Source: Chloroflexota bacterium (lineage in GTDB: Bacteria > Chloroflexota > Dehalococcoidia > UBA2979). From it: 64,000 bases of DNA. The stretch spans positions 77,844-141,843 of the forward strand of contig JAQCIU010000003.1 in assembly GCA_027593235.1 (NCBI GenBank), given 5' to 3'. The notes under the pieces are model-generated. The model was not told the origin of the DNA, searched no databases, and saw only the letters and a list, made by a program, of their open reading frames with translations. Numbering within the stretch: the stretch's first letter is position 1; every line of letters starts with the position of its first letter. The translations under genes and the position numbers were made by a program. This document shows, piece by piece, positions 1-10,168 of the stretch.

Positions 1-81
1 GAGGAATGGCATCGGCGCGAGGCGGGTGCCTCGCGCCGATTACCGGACAGCGGAGCCAGGGCAGGGGCCGCTGAGCGAACG

Positions 82-399
82 CTAGGCGGCGGACTCCCCA
101 GGGATACGCAGGAAGTTGTTGATCCGCCGCGTCGGGTGGACGGTGGCCACTACTCGCTGAACTTCCTTGCGGAGTTCGGCGGTGGGGACCTCGCCCTTCA
201 GCATCGCCATGCCTTCCCAGAGTTCGACCGTCACGGCGCCGACCGGGAGGCCTTCGATGCGCTCGATACGGTGGCGGACCATGGCCAGGTGGCCGCGGTC
301 GCCTGGCAGGCGCTCGGTCACGAACCCAGTCACGCTCTTGAGGATTTGTCCCACTCCACGACCGGAGGTCTGTGGTGCCATGCCTGCTGCGGATGCCAT
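82..399 (-). CDS. small BON-domain-like protein
   Basis: 105 aa; C-terminal VTVELWEGMAMLKGEVPT...RRINNFLRI matches the BON pattern; GAGAGG RBS upstream of ATG. Confidence 0.6.
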   Translation of the reverse strand: MASAAGMAPQTSGRGVGQILKSVTGFVTERLPGDRGHLAMVRHRIERIEGLPVGAVTVELWEGMAMLKGEVPTAELRKEVQRVVATVHPTRRINNFLRIPGESAA

Positions 400-486
400 C
401 GTGCTGTACCTCTCTCATCGGCTCACGCGATGCGGTCAGTGTGCGGGATGGCGAATTTGCACTTCGTTTGTGATTGCTTCGAGTTT

Positions 487-1797
487 TCACATCGTTCCGT
501 CGTCGACGCCGGGGGTGGTGACCACGGTCGGCACGGCGGTCGACGGGAGCGTCACTTCGACGCGCAGCCCGCCGCGCGCGCCCTGTCGCGCTACGACGGA
601 GCCGCCGCGGCGTTCCGCGATGGCGCGCACGATCGCGAGGCCGAGGCCGGCGCCGGTACCAGGTGCGTGGGATCCGGCCTCGGGGGTGCGTGCTTCGTCG
701 ACCTGCGCAAAGCGCTCGAAGATTTTGGGTAGATCGGTGGTCGGGACACCCGGTCCGTCGTCCTCTACCGCGAGGATCGCCGTCCTCGGATCGTTGCGGC
801 ATTCCAGGAAGGCGGTCGTGCCGCGCGGCGTGTGACGCACGACGTTCTCCAAGAGCGCGCGGACGAGTCTTCGGACCTCGCGTTCGGAGGCGAGCACGGT
901 CGCGGGCGGGAGATCGGTGGCACAGGTGACGCCCGCCTCCTCGAGCCAGGGACGGAGCCGCGCCAGCTCGTCGCCGGCGACCGCGGAGAGGCTGGTCTGT
1001 GGCGCCTGGTTACTCGCGGGCGTGGTGAGGCGCGCGAGTTCGAGCAGTTCGTCGAGCACGACGTTTGCTTCCGTAGAGACGCCGTGGATCTCCTGGACCA
1101 GTTCGCGCTCGTCGGAGGAGAGGTCGCGACGGAGGAGGAGATCGGCGGCAGTCTGGATCACCGCGAGCGGCGAGCGCAGCTCATGCGAGGCATCCGCAAC
1201 GAACGCCTCCTGCCGCTCGTAGGCGAGCCGCAACGGCCGAATCGATCGCCCCGCGACGAGGTGTCCGACGGCCAGGGCAGCGCCAAGGCCGAGCAGCGCG
1301 CCGCCCCCGAGGAGCCGCCGCACCAGCCAGAGCCGATCGTCGCGCAGCTCCAGGGAGCGCCCGGCGATCACGGCGCCGGCGACACGCCCTGACTCGACGA
1401 CGGGCTCGGCGAGGATGCGGAGCCGCTCATCCTCGGCGGCTACCGTGTGCCAGTCGCGGCGGCCGACGAGCGCCCGGCGCACGAACTCGCCGAACGGCGC
1501 GGCGGGCAGGCGCACGTCCGAGGGGTTCGCAAGCAATTCCCCGTTGTCGTCGTAGACGAGCACGAAGACCCCGCCTTCCTCGGCGACCGGATCGGTGCCG
1601 CGGTCGACGGTGGGTGCGAGTCGGAGGGGGCCGAGGTCGGCGACGACCGCGTCAACGGTGGCGCTGATGTCGGCATCGATCTGGGCATCGAGGGTGCGGG
1701 CGATCCAGACGTAGCCAAGCAATTCGGAAATCAGCACGGTGCCGAGCAGCACCGCGGCGGCCCAGAGCGTGATCTGAATCTGCGTGCGGCGGAACAA
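487..1797 (-). CDS. sensor histidine kinase (HisKA + HATPase_c)
   Basis: Two TM segments, H-box FVADASHELRSPL, N-box LLENVVRH, G1 DDGPG, F-box IFERF, G2 GAGLGLAI; abuts response regulator. Confidence 0.95.
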   Translation of the reverse strand: MFRRTQIQITLWAAAVLLGTVLISELLGYVWIARTLDAQIDADISATVDAVVADLGPLRLAPTVDRGTDPVAEEGGVFVLVYDDNGELLANPSDVRLPAAPFGEFVRRALVGRRDWHTVAAEDERLRILAEPVVESGRVAGAVIAGRSLELRDDRLWLVRRLLGGGALLGLGAALAVGHLVAGRSIRPLRLAYERQEAFVADASHELRSPLAVIQTAADLLLRRDLSSDERELVQEIHGVSTEANVVLDELLELARLTTPASNQAPQTSLSAVAGDELARLRPWLEEAGVTCATDLPPATVLASEREVRRLVRALLENVVRHTPRGTTAFLECRNDPRTAILAVEDDGPGVPTTDLPKIFERFAQVDEARTPEAGSHAPGTGAGLGLAIVRAIAERRGGSVVARQGARGGLRVEVTLPSTAVPTVVTTPGVDDGTM

Positions 1798-2466
1798 CTA
1801 CAGGTCCGTGACTTCCAGCCGATAGCCGATGCCGCGCACGGTGCGTAGCGGCAAGTCATCGCCAAGCCGCCGTCGCAGGTAGTGCACGTACTGATCGACG
1901 GCGTTTGCCTCCGGCTCCTCCGCGTAGCCCCAGACCTGTGCGCGGATGCGCTGGCGCGAGAGTGCTTCGTTCGGATGACGCAGGAAGAGTTCCAGCATGC
2001 GGAACTCCGTCGGCGACAGTTCCACGGGTCTGCCGTCCTGTCGCACCTCGTGGCGGGGCAGGTCGATCGTGATCGCGCCGACGGCCAGGCGAGTGTCGCT
2101 CGGGTCCGGCGGACGCCTGCCGAGCGCGCGCAGACGCGCGAGCAGCTCGTCGAAGGCGAACGGCTTTGTCAGGTAGTCGTCGGCGCCGGCGTCGAGCCCG
2201 CGTACGCGGTCCTCGATGAGGTCGCGGGCGGTCAGCAGCAGGATCGGTGTCATCAGCTGCAGCCGTCGCAGCTCGCGCACGATCTCCAGGCCGCTGAGGC
2301 CAGGCATCATCACGTCGAGGACGAGCACGTCGAACCCGCCCTCGGAGGCGAGTGCGAGCGCCTCGCCGCCGTCGTGTACGACATCGACGACGTGGCCCTC
2401 GGCCTCGAGGCCGCGCTCGAGCAGCCGCGCCATGCGGCGGTCATCCTCGGCAACGAGTAGGTGCAC
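1798..2466 (-). CDS. OmpR-family DNA-binding response regulator
   Basis: VAEDD, LDVMMP, GADDYLTKPF, C-terminal TVRGIGY; start moved to GTG 2466, which has a GGAG RBS. Confidence 0.95.
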   Translation of the reverse strand: MHLLVAEDDRRMARLLERGLEAEGHVVDVVHDGGEALALASEGGFDVLVLDVMMPGLSGLEIVRELRRLQLMTPILLLTARDLIEDRVRGLDAGADDYLTKPFAFDELLARLRALGRRPPDPSDTRLAVGAITIDLPRHEVRQDGRPVELSPTEFRMLELFLRHPNEALSRQRIRAQVWGYAEEPEANAVDQYVHYLRRRLGDDLPLRTVRGIGYRLEVTDL

Positions 2467-2624
2467 GGGCAACTCCAGCGTTCCGTCCGCGAGCACGATG
2501 AGCGTAGCGGCTCACCCGCTGAGCGTGGCGGTCGCCCGTCCGATCCGATGGGGAACGGCTCACCAGGCAGCGACCGGGCCGGGTCATCCTCCTATACCGT
2601 GAGCGCGCACGAAGGGGAGACGAG

Positions 2625-3587
2625 ATGCCGGCCGAACTGACGCACCACCAACTCGAGGGCGTGAACGGGTTGTCGATGCACGTCGCCGAGCAGGGCGCCG
2701 GCCCGGCGATCGTGCTGTCACATGGTTGGCCCGAGCTCTGGTACTCGTGGCGTCACCAGATCCCGGTACTCGCCGAGGCTGGCTTCCGCGTCCTCGCCCC
2801 AGATCAGCGCGGCTATGGGGGCACGACGGCGCCCGAGGCGATCGAGGCCTACACGCAGCGTGACTTCTGTGGCGACCTCGTCGGGCTGCTCGACAAGCTG
2901 GAGATCGATCAGGCGATCTTCATCGGCCACGACTGGGGCGGCGCGGTGGTGTGGAACATGGCGCTGCATTTCCCGGAGCGCGTGCGCGCTGTCGCCGGCG
3001 TGAACACGCCCTTCCGAGGCCAGCCGCCCCTCCCGATGCTCAAGGCGCTCGCCGCGAGCCCCGGCATGTTTGACTACCAGTTCTACTTTCAGGAGCCGGG
3101 CGTTGTGGAGGCTGAGGTAGAGGCCGACGTGGAGCGCTCATTGCGTCTCATCTTCCGGAGCAGCGACCCCGCTGACGAGTTCGATGTGCTGGCCGGCTTC
3201 GACACGGTCCGCGAGCGCGGCGGGATTCTTGCCGGCTACCCGCCTGACGCGCCTCGGAGCGTGATGCTCACCGAGGAAGAACTCAATGTCTTCGTCGAGT
3301 CGTTTCAACGAACCGGGTTTCGCGGCGCCTTCAACTGGTACCGCAACAGTGACGCGTCGTGGGAATGGGGCGAGCAGACGAAGGGCCGCACGATCGATTG
3401 CCCGGCGTTGATGGTGACTGCGGGCAAGGACCCGGTGCTTACGCCGGCGATGGCCGCCGGCATGGAGTCGGTGGTCCCCAACCTGACCCGTGGCCACATC
3501 GAGAACTGCGCCCACTGGACGCAGCAAGAGCGTCCCGAGGAGCTGAACCGCATCCTGCTGGACTGGCTTGCGACGCTGCCGAAGTAG
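2625..3587 (+). CDS. alpha/beta-fold epoxide hydrolase-like enzyme
   Basis: HGWPE oxyanion motif, GHDWG nucleophile Asp, NWYR Tyr, CAHWTQQE catalytic His. Confidence 0.9.
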   Translation: MPAELTHHQLEGVNGLSMHVAEQGAGPAIVLSHGWPELWYSWRHQIPVLAEAGFRVLAPDQRGYGGTTAPEAIEAYTQRDFCGDLVGLLDKLEIDQAIFIGHDWGGAVVWNMALHFPERVRAVAGVNTPFRGQPPLPMLKALAASPGMFDYQFYFQEPGVVEAEVEADVERSLRLIFRSSDPADEFDVLAGFDTVRERGGILAGYPPDAPRSVMLTEEELNVFVESFQRTGFRGAFNWYRNSDASWEWGEQTKGRTIDCPALMVTAGKDPVLTPAMAAGMESVVPNLTRGHIENCAHWTQQERPEELNRILLDWLATLPK

Positions 3588-3640
3588 CGTCGCCAGCTAC
3601 GGTGCGCCGACGCCGGTCTCCGAGCCCCGAAGGGGCGGCG

Positions 3641-4441
3641 CTAGTAGTGGATGGCGTTGCCGGCGCCGCCGCCGACGGCGATCGCGTCGCCGTTGATGGC
3701 GATCGATCGAGGTGAGGCGAGGAACGTGATGACGTTCGCGACCTCCTCGGCGGTGACGAGGTGGCGGATCGAGTTGTTCTCGGCGAACTGGCGCTCGGCT
3801 TCCTCGATCGAGATGCCCTGCGCCTGGGCGCGCGCCTCGAAGACGGCGGGCATCCGCTCGGTCATCGTCATGCCGGGGTGGACGACCGTGACGTTGATGC
3901 CGTGGGGGCCGAGTTCGTTGGCGAGGTTCTTCGTCAGCGCCGCGACCGAGACGTTGCGGATGCTGCCGATCGTGGAGCCCGCGCTGCGGGCGGCGAGGCC
4001 GGAGATGTTGATGATGCGCCCCCAGCCCTGCGCCTTCATCAGCGGTGCGGCGGCCTGCGCGACGCGCAGGTAGCCGAGGACCTTGACGTTCATGTCGGCC
4101 CAGAACGCCTCGGCGGTGATGTTCTCGAGGGTGGGCGGCGGCCCGCCACCGCCGGGCACGGCGGCGCTGTTGACCAGGATGTCGAGGCGGCCGAGTTCGC
4201 GGTGGACGTGCTCCACCATCGAGCGGATGGAGTCCTCGTCGCTGGTGTCGGCGACGACGGGGAGGATGCGCTGGCCGGTCTCCTCGGCAAGCTCGATCGC
4301 GGTGGCGCGGAGGGTCTCCTCGGTGCGGGCGGCGATGGCGACGGTGGCGCCCTCGGCGGCGAGCTGGCGGGCGACGGCCTTGCCGATGCCCTTGCTGGCG
4401 CCGCTCACGAGGGCGACCTTGCCGGCGAGTTCGAGGTCCAT
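3641..4441 (-). CDS. short-chain dehydrogenase/reductase
   Basis: SGASKGIG Rossmann motif, DILVNSA, VHPG; atypical active site (no clear YxxxK). Confidence 0.9.
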   Translation of the reverse strand: MDLELAGKVALVSGASKGIGKAVARQLAAEGATVAIAARTEETLRATAIELAEETGQRILPVVADTSDEDSIRSMVEHVHRELGRLDILVNSAAVPGGGGPPPTLENITAEAFWADMNVKVLGYLRVAQAAAPLMKAQGWGRIINISGLAARSAGSTIGSIRNVSVAALTKNLANELGPHGINVTVVHPGMTMTERMPAVFEARAQAQGISIEEAERQFAENNSIRHLVTAEEVANVITFLASPRSIAINGDAIAVGGGAGNAIHY

Positions 4442-4507
4442 GGTGTGCTCCGGAGATGCGGTGTCGTAGGTCGGGTCAGAGGCTCCGCAGCATACCTGCG
4501 GCGCGAT

Positions 4508-5473
4508 CTAGGTTGCCGACGAATACCAGTCGAGCACCCGCAGGGCGCGCAACGTGTTCCAGCGGCTCGGCGTCCCGGCGCCGCCTTCCAGCTCGAAATG
4601 GACTGTGCCGGGGTGCGGTTCGCCGAGCGGCCAGCCTCCATCTGGCCGCTGTTTGCTCACCACGATGCCGATCGCCTCGGTGGCGCGTTCGTCAGGCGTC
4701 ACGCCGGCTTTCCGCAGGTAGTCGAGACCCCAGAGCAGGTCGTAGTGCCAGCGCGGCGGGAAGGAGAACTCCGTCCAAGACGTCCCGCCCTTCCGGTCGC
4801 GCTCGATGATCTTGCCGGTTGACCCGGAGCGGAGGAGGCTCCGTTCCAGCAGGTACTCCTCACCGCGGAGGCGGGCGTCGCGGACAGTGGATGCGCCCTC
4901 GGTTGCCTGCTCGTACTGCCAGAGGCCCTCGAGGACGCAGATGGTCGAGTTGAACGAGGAGCGCGTGCTGGGCGGGGCGTCGCAGTTCCAGCCGCCGTCC
5001 TCGAGCTGTTCGCCCAGCAGACGGTCGAGGAGCCGTTCGCTTGCCGCGCCGAAGTAGGCACCGCAGGCGAGGACCCTGCCGTTGATACAGGGCTCGACCT
5101 CGCCGTCGAAGAACGGCGAGTTGCCGTGTTCGGGGCCGAACGTGCTGTGGTCACGGACGAGGGCGATCGCGGCGCGGGACCGGTCGCTGGCGAGGTCGAG
5201 GCCCATCTCACGGAGCAGCATCAGCGTCTCCATGGTGGAGGCCCAGCTCTGGTAGACCCAGGCGCCGCCGCCCCAGGCGCCGTCCGCTGCCTGGAGGCTG
5301 AGCAGGCGGTGGCCCCAGCCCTCGGTGGAGACGCGCGCACGCTCGGCTGCGGCGGCTGGGCCGGGCTCGCCGGTGAGGTCGCGCATGACCTGCCAGCGGA
5401 TCGAGGGGTCGGAGTCGAGCAGCCAGCGGATCACCGACGGGTCGAGGTTCGCGATCGGTTCTGATGCCGCCAT
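4508..5473 (-). CDS. prenyltransferase/squalene-cyclase-repeat protein
   Basis: WLLDSDPSIRWQ N-terminus and QW-like repeats (QAADGAWG, QLEDGGWNC, QRPDGGW); start placed at ATG 5473 to avoid overlap with upstream gene. Confidence 0.7.
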   Translation of the reverse strand: MAASEPIANLDPSVIRWLLDSDPSIRWQVMRDLTGEPGPAAAAERARVSTEGWGHRLLSLQAADGAWGGGAWVYQSWASTMETLMLLREMGLDLASDRSRAAIALVRDHSTFGPEHGNSPFFDGEVEPCINGRVLACGAYFGAASERLLDRLLGEQLEDGGWNCDAPPSTRSSFNSTICVLEGLWQYEQATEGASTVRDARLRGEEYLLERSLLRSGSTGKIIERDRKGGTSWTEFSFPPRWHYDLLWGLDYLRKAGVTPDERATEAIGIVVSKQRPDGGWPLGEPHPGTVHFELEGGAGTPSRWNTLRALRVLDWYSSAT

Positions 5474-5502
5474 TGCCGCGTCCCGCACTCCTTCCCGCGC
5501 GT

Positions 5503-5877
5503 TCAGCGCAGCCGCAGGATGAGCGCGCCAGTCAGTGCCGCAGTGAGTAGCCACGTCACCACGACGATCGCGAGGCCGAGCCGCGAGATGCCCGTGCCGA
5601 CCGAGCTGGCGACGGCGTCGCGATGGGCCTCGAGGACTTCGGGCGGGATCAGACGGCGGGCGAGCAGGAGCCCCGCGGGAACGATCAGCAGGTCATCGAG
5701 GTAGCCGATCACGGGGATGACATCGGGGATCAGGTCGAGCGGGCTGAGCGCGTAGGCGACCGTGGCGAAGGCGATCACACGGGCGTACCACGGCGTGCGT
5801 GGATCGCGTGCCGCGAGGTAGAGCACGTAAGTCTCGCGGCGCAGCGCCCGCACGCGGGCTTGCCAGTTCGCGAACAT
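5503..5877 (-). CDS. YkvA/DUF1232 family membrane protein
   Basis: DPRTPWYA...[21 protein letters not shown] signature. Confidence 0.9.
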   Translation of the reverse strand: MFANWQARVRALRRETYVLYLAARDPRTPWYARVIAFATVAYALSPLDLIPDVIPVIGYLDDLLIVPAGLLLARRLIPPEVLEAHRDAVASSVGTGISRLGLAIVVVTWLLTAALTGALILRLR

Positions 5878-5921
5878 CGGGGCGAGCGCTCCTCGGGGAT
5901 CGACGTTGCGATCGCGATTCG

Positions 5922-6281
5922 TCAGTCGTGGTGCCGCGGCGGTCCGCCGTTGGAGTAGCCAGGTGGGGTCGCCTCGGTGGGCGCATCGCGCCGGGAGCGG
6001 GGATCCTCACGCTCCAGGAGGCCGACCGGCACGGCGGGCAGGGTGACGATGTGTGCGCCGGCGCGGACGCCGAGCTCCAGCGAGAAGCGCGCCGCAGCCT
6101 CGTTGTCGGGCGCCTCGAGGATGGTCACGAAGTCGTAGTCACCGAGGACGGCGTAGAGGCCGAGGCATTGCACGTCGGACACCTCGATCTCGGCCTCGGC
6201 GCGGCGGAGGCTGTCGGGGTCCTCGAGCATCAGGGCGCGGCCATCGCCATCGAGGGTGAGTAGCAGGACATAGGTGGCCAC
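5922..6281 (-). CDS. GYD-domain protein
   Basis: Real gene is the C-terminal part of ORF 5922..7046 ([10 protein letters not shown]...[16 protein letters not shown]); GTG 6281 with GGAGG RBS. Confidence 0.8.
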   Translation of the reverse strand: MATYVLLLTLDGDGRALMLEDPDSLRRAEAEIEVSDVQCLGLYAVLGDYDFVTILEAPDNEAAARFSLELGVRAGAHIVTLPAVPVGLLEREDPRSRRDAPTEATPPGYSNGGPPRHHD

Positions 6282-6388
6282 GGACGCCTCCGGACGGCTT
6301 GGGACGGGCTTGGTGTCCCGATATTCGCACGCGCGGGCGGAGCGGGGGAGCGGCCTCGATCGAATCGACTGCGCTCTGACGCGCCCGG

Positions 6389-7654
6389 CTACATATTGCG
6401 GAGCTGGGACCTCGATGCGATGAGCACGGCGCCGATGGCCATCAGCCCGCCCATGATGGCGAGCGTGTCGCCAGGCCCGAACTGGGTGCGCATCAGCCCG
6501 ACGTAAATGGCGGAGATCGGCAGTAAGCCGTTGAAGGTGAGGGCGAAGAGCGCCATCACGCGACCCATCATGTGTGGCTCCGTGAACTCCTGGAGCAAGG
6601 TCCGCTGGGAGGTCATCAGTACGCCGCCGCAGCCGCCCCAGATAATCATGATGAGCACGGTCAGTGGGTAGCTGTTGGACAGGCCAATCGCCATCAAGCC
6701 GGGGCCGAAGCAGTTGAAGGCGATGAGGAACATCAACCCGCGGCGGCTGATCTCGCGTCGTGAGGCGAGGTAGAGCGAGGTGCTGATCATTCCAAGGCTG
6801 AGCATGCTGATCAGCAGCGAGGTGGCGAAGACGCCCTGTCCGAGTTCGTTCTTGGCGATGTCCGGCATGAGGATGCCGTAGGCGCCGCTGCCGGATCCCA
6901 TGAACAGGCCGACGATAATCAGCGAGCGGAGCGGGTCGCGGCCGAAGGCGTAGTGCAGGCCGCTCCTGATGTCGCTGACCATGGAGCGCACGGTGCCGCC
7001 GGCGGCGCGTTCGGCGCGCTCGTAGGCGGGGACGTTGACCACCCACATCAGGGCGACGCCGGCCAGCATGATGGCGGTGAAGACGAGGAACGCGGGGCCG
7101 AGACCGAACACCGCGATCGAGCCGCCGCCGATCACGGCGCCGGCGACCTGGGCGACGGACTGGCCCATGTTCTGGAAGCCGACGGCGCTCATCAGGCGGT
7201 TCGGGGGCACCAGTTGCGGGATCATAGCCTGCAGCGGCGGGACGATGGCGGCGATCGCCGATCCGACACCAAAGCCGAGCACCATGGCGATCGGGAGATT
7301 GATGAGGTCCGCGCCGATCACGGCGGCGGTCGCGAGCAGTCCTGCCGCGGCAGCGAGGCCGACGTAGATCGTCATCAGCCGGCGATCGACGCGATCCGAG
7401 ATTGCGCCAGCCGGGAGCGAGATGAGCAGGCCGGGGATTCCGACGGCGAAGCCGAGGAACGCCGGGGCCGCGGCGTTGTCGCTGATCTCGAGCGCAATCC
7501 AGATGAAGGCGAACCGGGTGATCCCGGCGATGAGGGACGTGAGGAAGTTCGCGAACCAGAAGAGCCGGTAGTCGCGGAGCGCAAGCACTTCGCGCAGCGG
7601 GTTTCGTTCCGCCGGGGCGGTAGTCGCTGGGCGGGATGCTTCGGAGGTGGCGAT
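6389..7654 (-). CDS. MFS transporter (H+ antiporter-like)
   Basis: About 12 TM segments, GAISDRVDRR motif A, GRVMA; start either GTG 7588 or ATC 7654 (see findings). Confidence 0.88.
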   Translation of the reverse strand: MATSEASRPATTAPAERNPLREVLALRDYRLFWFANFLTSLIAGITRFAFIWIALEISDNAAAPAFLGFAVGIPGLLISLPAGAISDRVDRRLMTIYVGLAAAAGLLATAAVIGADLINLPIAMVLGFGVGSAIAAIVPPLQAMIPQLVPPNRLMSAVGFQNMGQSVAQVAGAVIGGGSIAVFGLGPAFLVFTAIMLAGVALMWVVNVPAYERAERAAGGTVRSMVSDIRSGLHYAFGRDPLRSLIIVGLFMGSGSGAYGILMPDIAKNELGQGVFATSLLISMLSLGMISTSLYLASRREISRRGLMFLIAFNCFGPGLMAIGLSNSYPLTVLIMIIWGGCGGVLMTSQRTLLQEFTEPHMMGRVMALFALTFNGLLPISAIYVGLMRTQFGPGDTLAIMGGLMAIGAVLIASRSQLRNM

Positions 7655-7692
7655 GGGACAGCCTCGTTCAATGCAATTGTGATGAAGCTAGG

Positions 7693-7698
7693 ATTATA
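7693..7698 (-). promoter_or_regulatory. sigma70 -10 element for MFS gene
   Basis: Perfect TATAAT on minus strand in an AT-rich intergenic stretch. Confidence 0.6.
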
Positions 7699-7775
7699 CT
7701 CGCAGGCTGTCAGCGGTGCATAAAGTGGTAGTTACTCGATCCGGCTGACTAGGGGCTGTTGGGCGAACGGTACGG

Positions 7776-8537
7776 CTAGAAGCCGCCGCCGTTGACGTAG
7801 ATGCGCTGGTTGGTGACGTAGCTGCCCTGTGGCCCGACGAAGTAGAGCACGGCGTTGGCGATGTCCTCCGGCTGGCAAACGCGGCCGAAGGGGCTGGTGG
7901 CGTCCAGTTCGCGGATGTCCTGGACGCCGCGGGTGGCCCGGACCAGGCGCTTCCCCATGTCCGTTTCGACGAGGCCGGGCGCGACGATGTTGACGTGGAT
8001 GCCGTTCGCGCGTTCCTCCTTGGCGAGGCTGAAGGCGACGGCCTCCATGGCGGTCTTGCCCATGTTGTAGGGCGCACCGCGACCGCTGAGGCCCGCCGTG
8101 GCGCCCGAGGAGATCATGACGACGTCGCCGCGATCGAGTTCGCGCATTTGCGGGACGAGCAACTGGCTCATGTAGAACGAGCCGAAGGCGTGGGTGGCGA
8201 CGACACGGCGCATCTCGTCCGGGTCGGTCTCCGCGATAGTGTTACCGCGCGAGGCGATGCCAGCGTTGTTGACGAGGATGCCGATCGATTCGAAGTCGGC
8301 GAGTGCGGCGGCGACCATGCGCTCGCACTGCTCGTAGTCGGAGACGTCGGCCTGGTAGGTCGCGGCGCGGCGTCCGAGGGCGCGCACTTCCTCGGCGAGC
8401 GCGTCGGCGGATGCGGCGTCACGGGTGTAGTTGATGGCGACATCGGCGCCTGCCTGTGCGAGGCCGCGGACGATCCCGGCGCCAATGCCGCGTCCACCGC
8501 CGGTTACGAGTGCCGTGCGTCCGCTGAGATCGGTCAT
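7776..8537 (-). CDS. short-chain dehydrogenase/reductase (FabG-like)
   Basis: TGGGRGIG, NNAG, YNMGK catalytic motif; GGAGG RBS. Confidence 0.93.
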   Translation of the reverse strand: MTDLSGRTALVTGGGRGIGAGIVRGLAQAGADVAINYTRDAASADALAEEVRALGRRAATYQADVSDYEQCERMVAAALADFESIGILVNNAGIASRGNTIAETDPDEMRRVVATHAFGSFYMSQLLVPQMRELDRGDVVMISSGATAGLSGRGAPYNMGKTAMEAVAFSLAKEERANGIHVNIVAPGLVETDMGKRLVRATRGVQDIRELDATSPFGRVCQPEDIANAVLYFVGPQGSYVTNQRIYVNGGGF

Positions 8538-9020
8538 GGTGCCTCCGTCGTCGCTGCTTCGCTGGGTGCCCGGAGTGGGCGGCGCACAGTCTAGCGAGAC
8601 GGGGCGTTGGCGGTCAGCCGATCACGGTTCGAGCGTGGACACCTCGGGTGGCGTTGGCCGTCGGACGACGGCGGTGAATGGCGAGCGCGCGCGAAGGCGA
8701 GCGGGGTCACACTTCGACCTCACCCGCGCTGATCCGGGCGTCGAGGATGGCAACGAGGGATTGGAGGGCCGCCCGCGCCACAGGGGAGGCGAATCCAGCC
8801 GTGACGCGGGCAGCACCATGGGACGTGAGGGCTAGCCCTCGCTCAACTCGACCCACGTTGGCCGGGTGGCCGCGGCGAGTGGGATCGGCGGAACTCCGAT
8901 CGTCGACGGTGCGATGACGAAGCCCCCGATCCGAGGCCGATGTTGCGCGACCGCAGAGCGGATGCGCAGAGCCGGAAGTCCCGAGGAGTGGGGACCGATC
9001 GCCGCGCTCCGTGCGGCGAC

Positions 9021-10079
9021 TCAGTGAGTCCCACGGAGCGAGGCGACCATCCCGCCGATCGCGTCGAGGGCCTCGTGGCTACGTGCCACGATCACTCGTG
9101 AGCGGTGCAGCAATGCTTCGCGGAGCAGGAGTTCAGCGGCGTCGTCCTCGGTGTTGCCGGGGTCGAACGCGATGGTGTCGACCAGTCCGGCGCTGAGCTG
9201 CGTGCGGACATCGGTTGGCTCGGCAACGGCACGACCGTCGGCGGCGAGCCCGATCAACCGTGCTATGTCGTGCTCCCGTGCGGCAGCCGCGGATGCCCGC
9301 GCTTCCGGCCAGACGCGGTCCGCGATGGCGTCGAGCGGCGTGCGGATGTCGAGGTGGGTGAGCGCCTCCACACGCTCGTTGAGCTGTGGTGGGAGCGCGC
9401 CGCGCAGAGGGCCGGTGATCACCTCGTCACCGGCAATCACCAGGTGATCGAGGTGATTGGCCGCCATCTCCGCGGCGATCGTTTCGGCGATGTCGAGGGC
9501 AAATCGCTCGACGATGGTGTCTTGCGATCGCTGGTAGTTCGCTTCGCTCCAGCCGCCGAGTTGCGAGTGGTGAACGGTCTTCCACTGAGCGCGCTGCGGA
9601 CCGGGCTCCTCGTGGGTGCCGCCACGATCGAGGCGGATCAGACGCGCGGCGTTGGTGTCGACGAGCGCGGCGAGGGTGCGCACTGCTTCCTGCGTCGCCT
9701 CGGCGATGGGGAGCAGGCGCGGGCGCTCACCGGAGTGAACGGCGGTCTCCACCGGCACGCCGAGCGCGACGGTCCACCAGAGGCCACGTCCGTGGCAGGC
9801 GTAGATCGCGTATCCGGTCGCCGAGGGCAGCGCTTCGTCCGAGAGGAACGCCGTGATGCGCTCGAGGTCGGCGTCGAACGATTCGCGGGCGGGGCCGCGG
9901 GTCGGCAAGAGCGCTTGCGCGGTGTGAAGATCCTTGCGGACGACGGTCTGTGCTTCGTGCAGTCCGCGCCCGCTGACGCGCCAGTCGACGTAGCAGGTGA
10001 TGACCGGGTGTTCCGAGGGCTCCCAGGCCACGAGGACCTCGGGAATCCCGAGTTGGGGTTCGATCGCTGGTGTGTTCAT
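9021..10079 (-). CDS. bacterial archaeo-eukaryotic release factor-like protein (baeRF/Vms1-like)
   Basis: eRF1-like layout, DLERI, GYAIYAC, GGWSEANYQR loop, C-terminal GGMVASLR. Confidence 0.75.
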   Translation of the reverse strand: MNTPAIEPQLGIPEVLVAWEPSEHPVITCYVDWRVSGRGLHEAQTVVRKDLHTAQALLPTRGPARESFDADLERITAFLSDEALPSATGYAIYACHGRGLWWTVALGVPVETAVHSGERPRLLPIAEATQEAVRTLAALVDTNAARLIRLDRGGTHEEPGPQRAQWKTVHHSQLGGWSEANYQRSQDTIVERFALDIAETIAAEMAANHLDHLVIAGDEVITGPLRGALPPQLNERVEALTHLDIRTPLDAIADRVWPEARASAAAAREHDIARLIGLAADGRAVAEPTDVRTQLSAGLVDTIAFDPGNTEDDAAELLLREALLHRSRVIVARSHEALDAIGGMVASLRGTH

Positions 10080-10168
10080 GCATCCAGTGAAGGCCCTGCG
10101 CGGCGATCGGCGCAGTTGCAGCAGTCCCGGAGCGGTGTGACCAAAGCACCGCGATCGAGTGGGGCGCG

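Noticed and set aside
6282-7046. N-terminal extension of ORF 5922..7046
   Set aside because: Off-frame overlap with the MFS gene; the GYD protein has its own RBS and GTG at 6281
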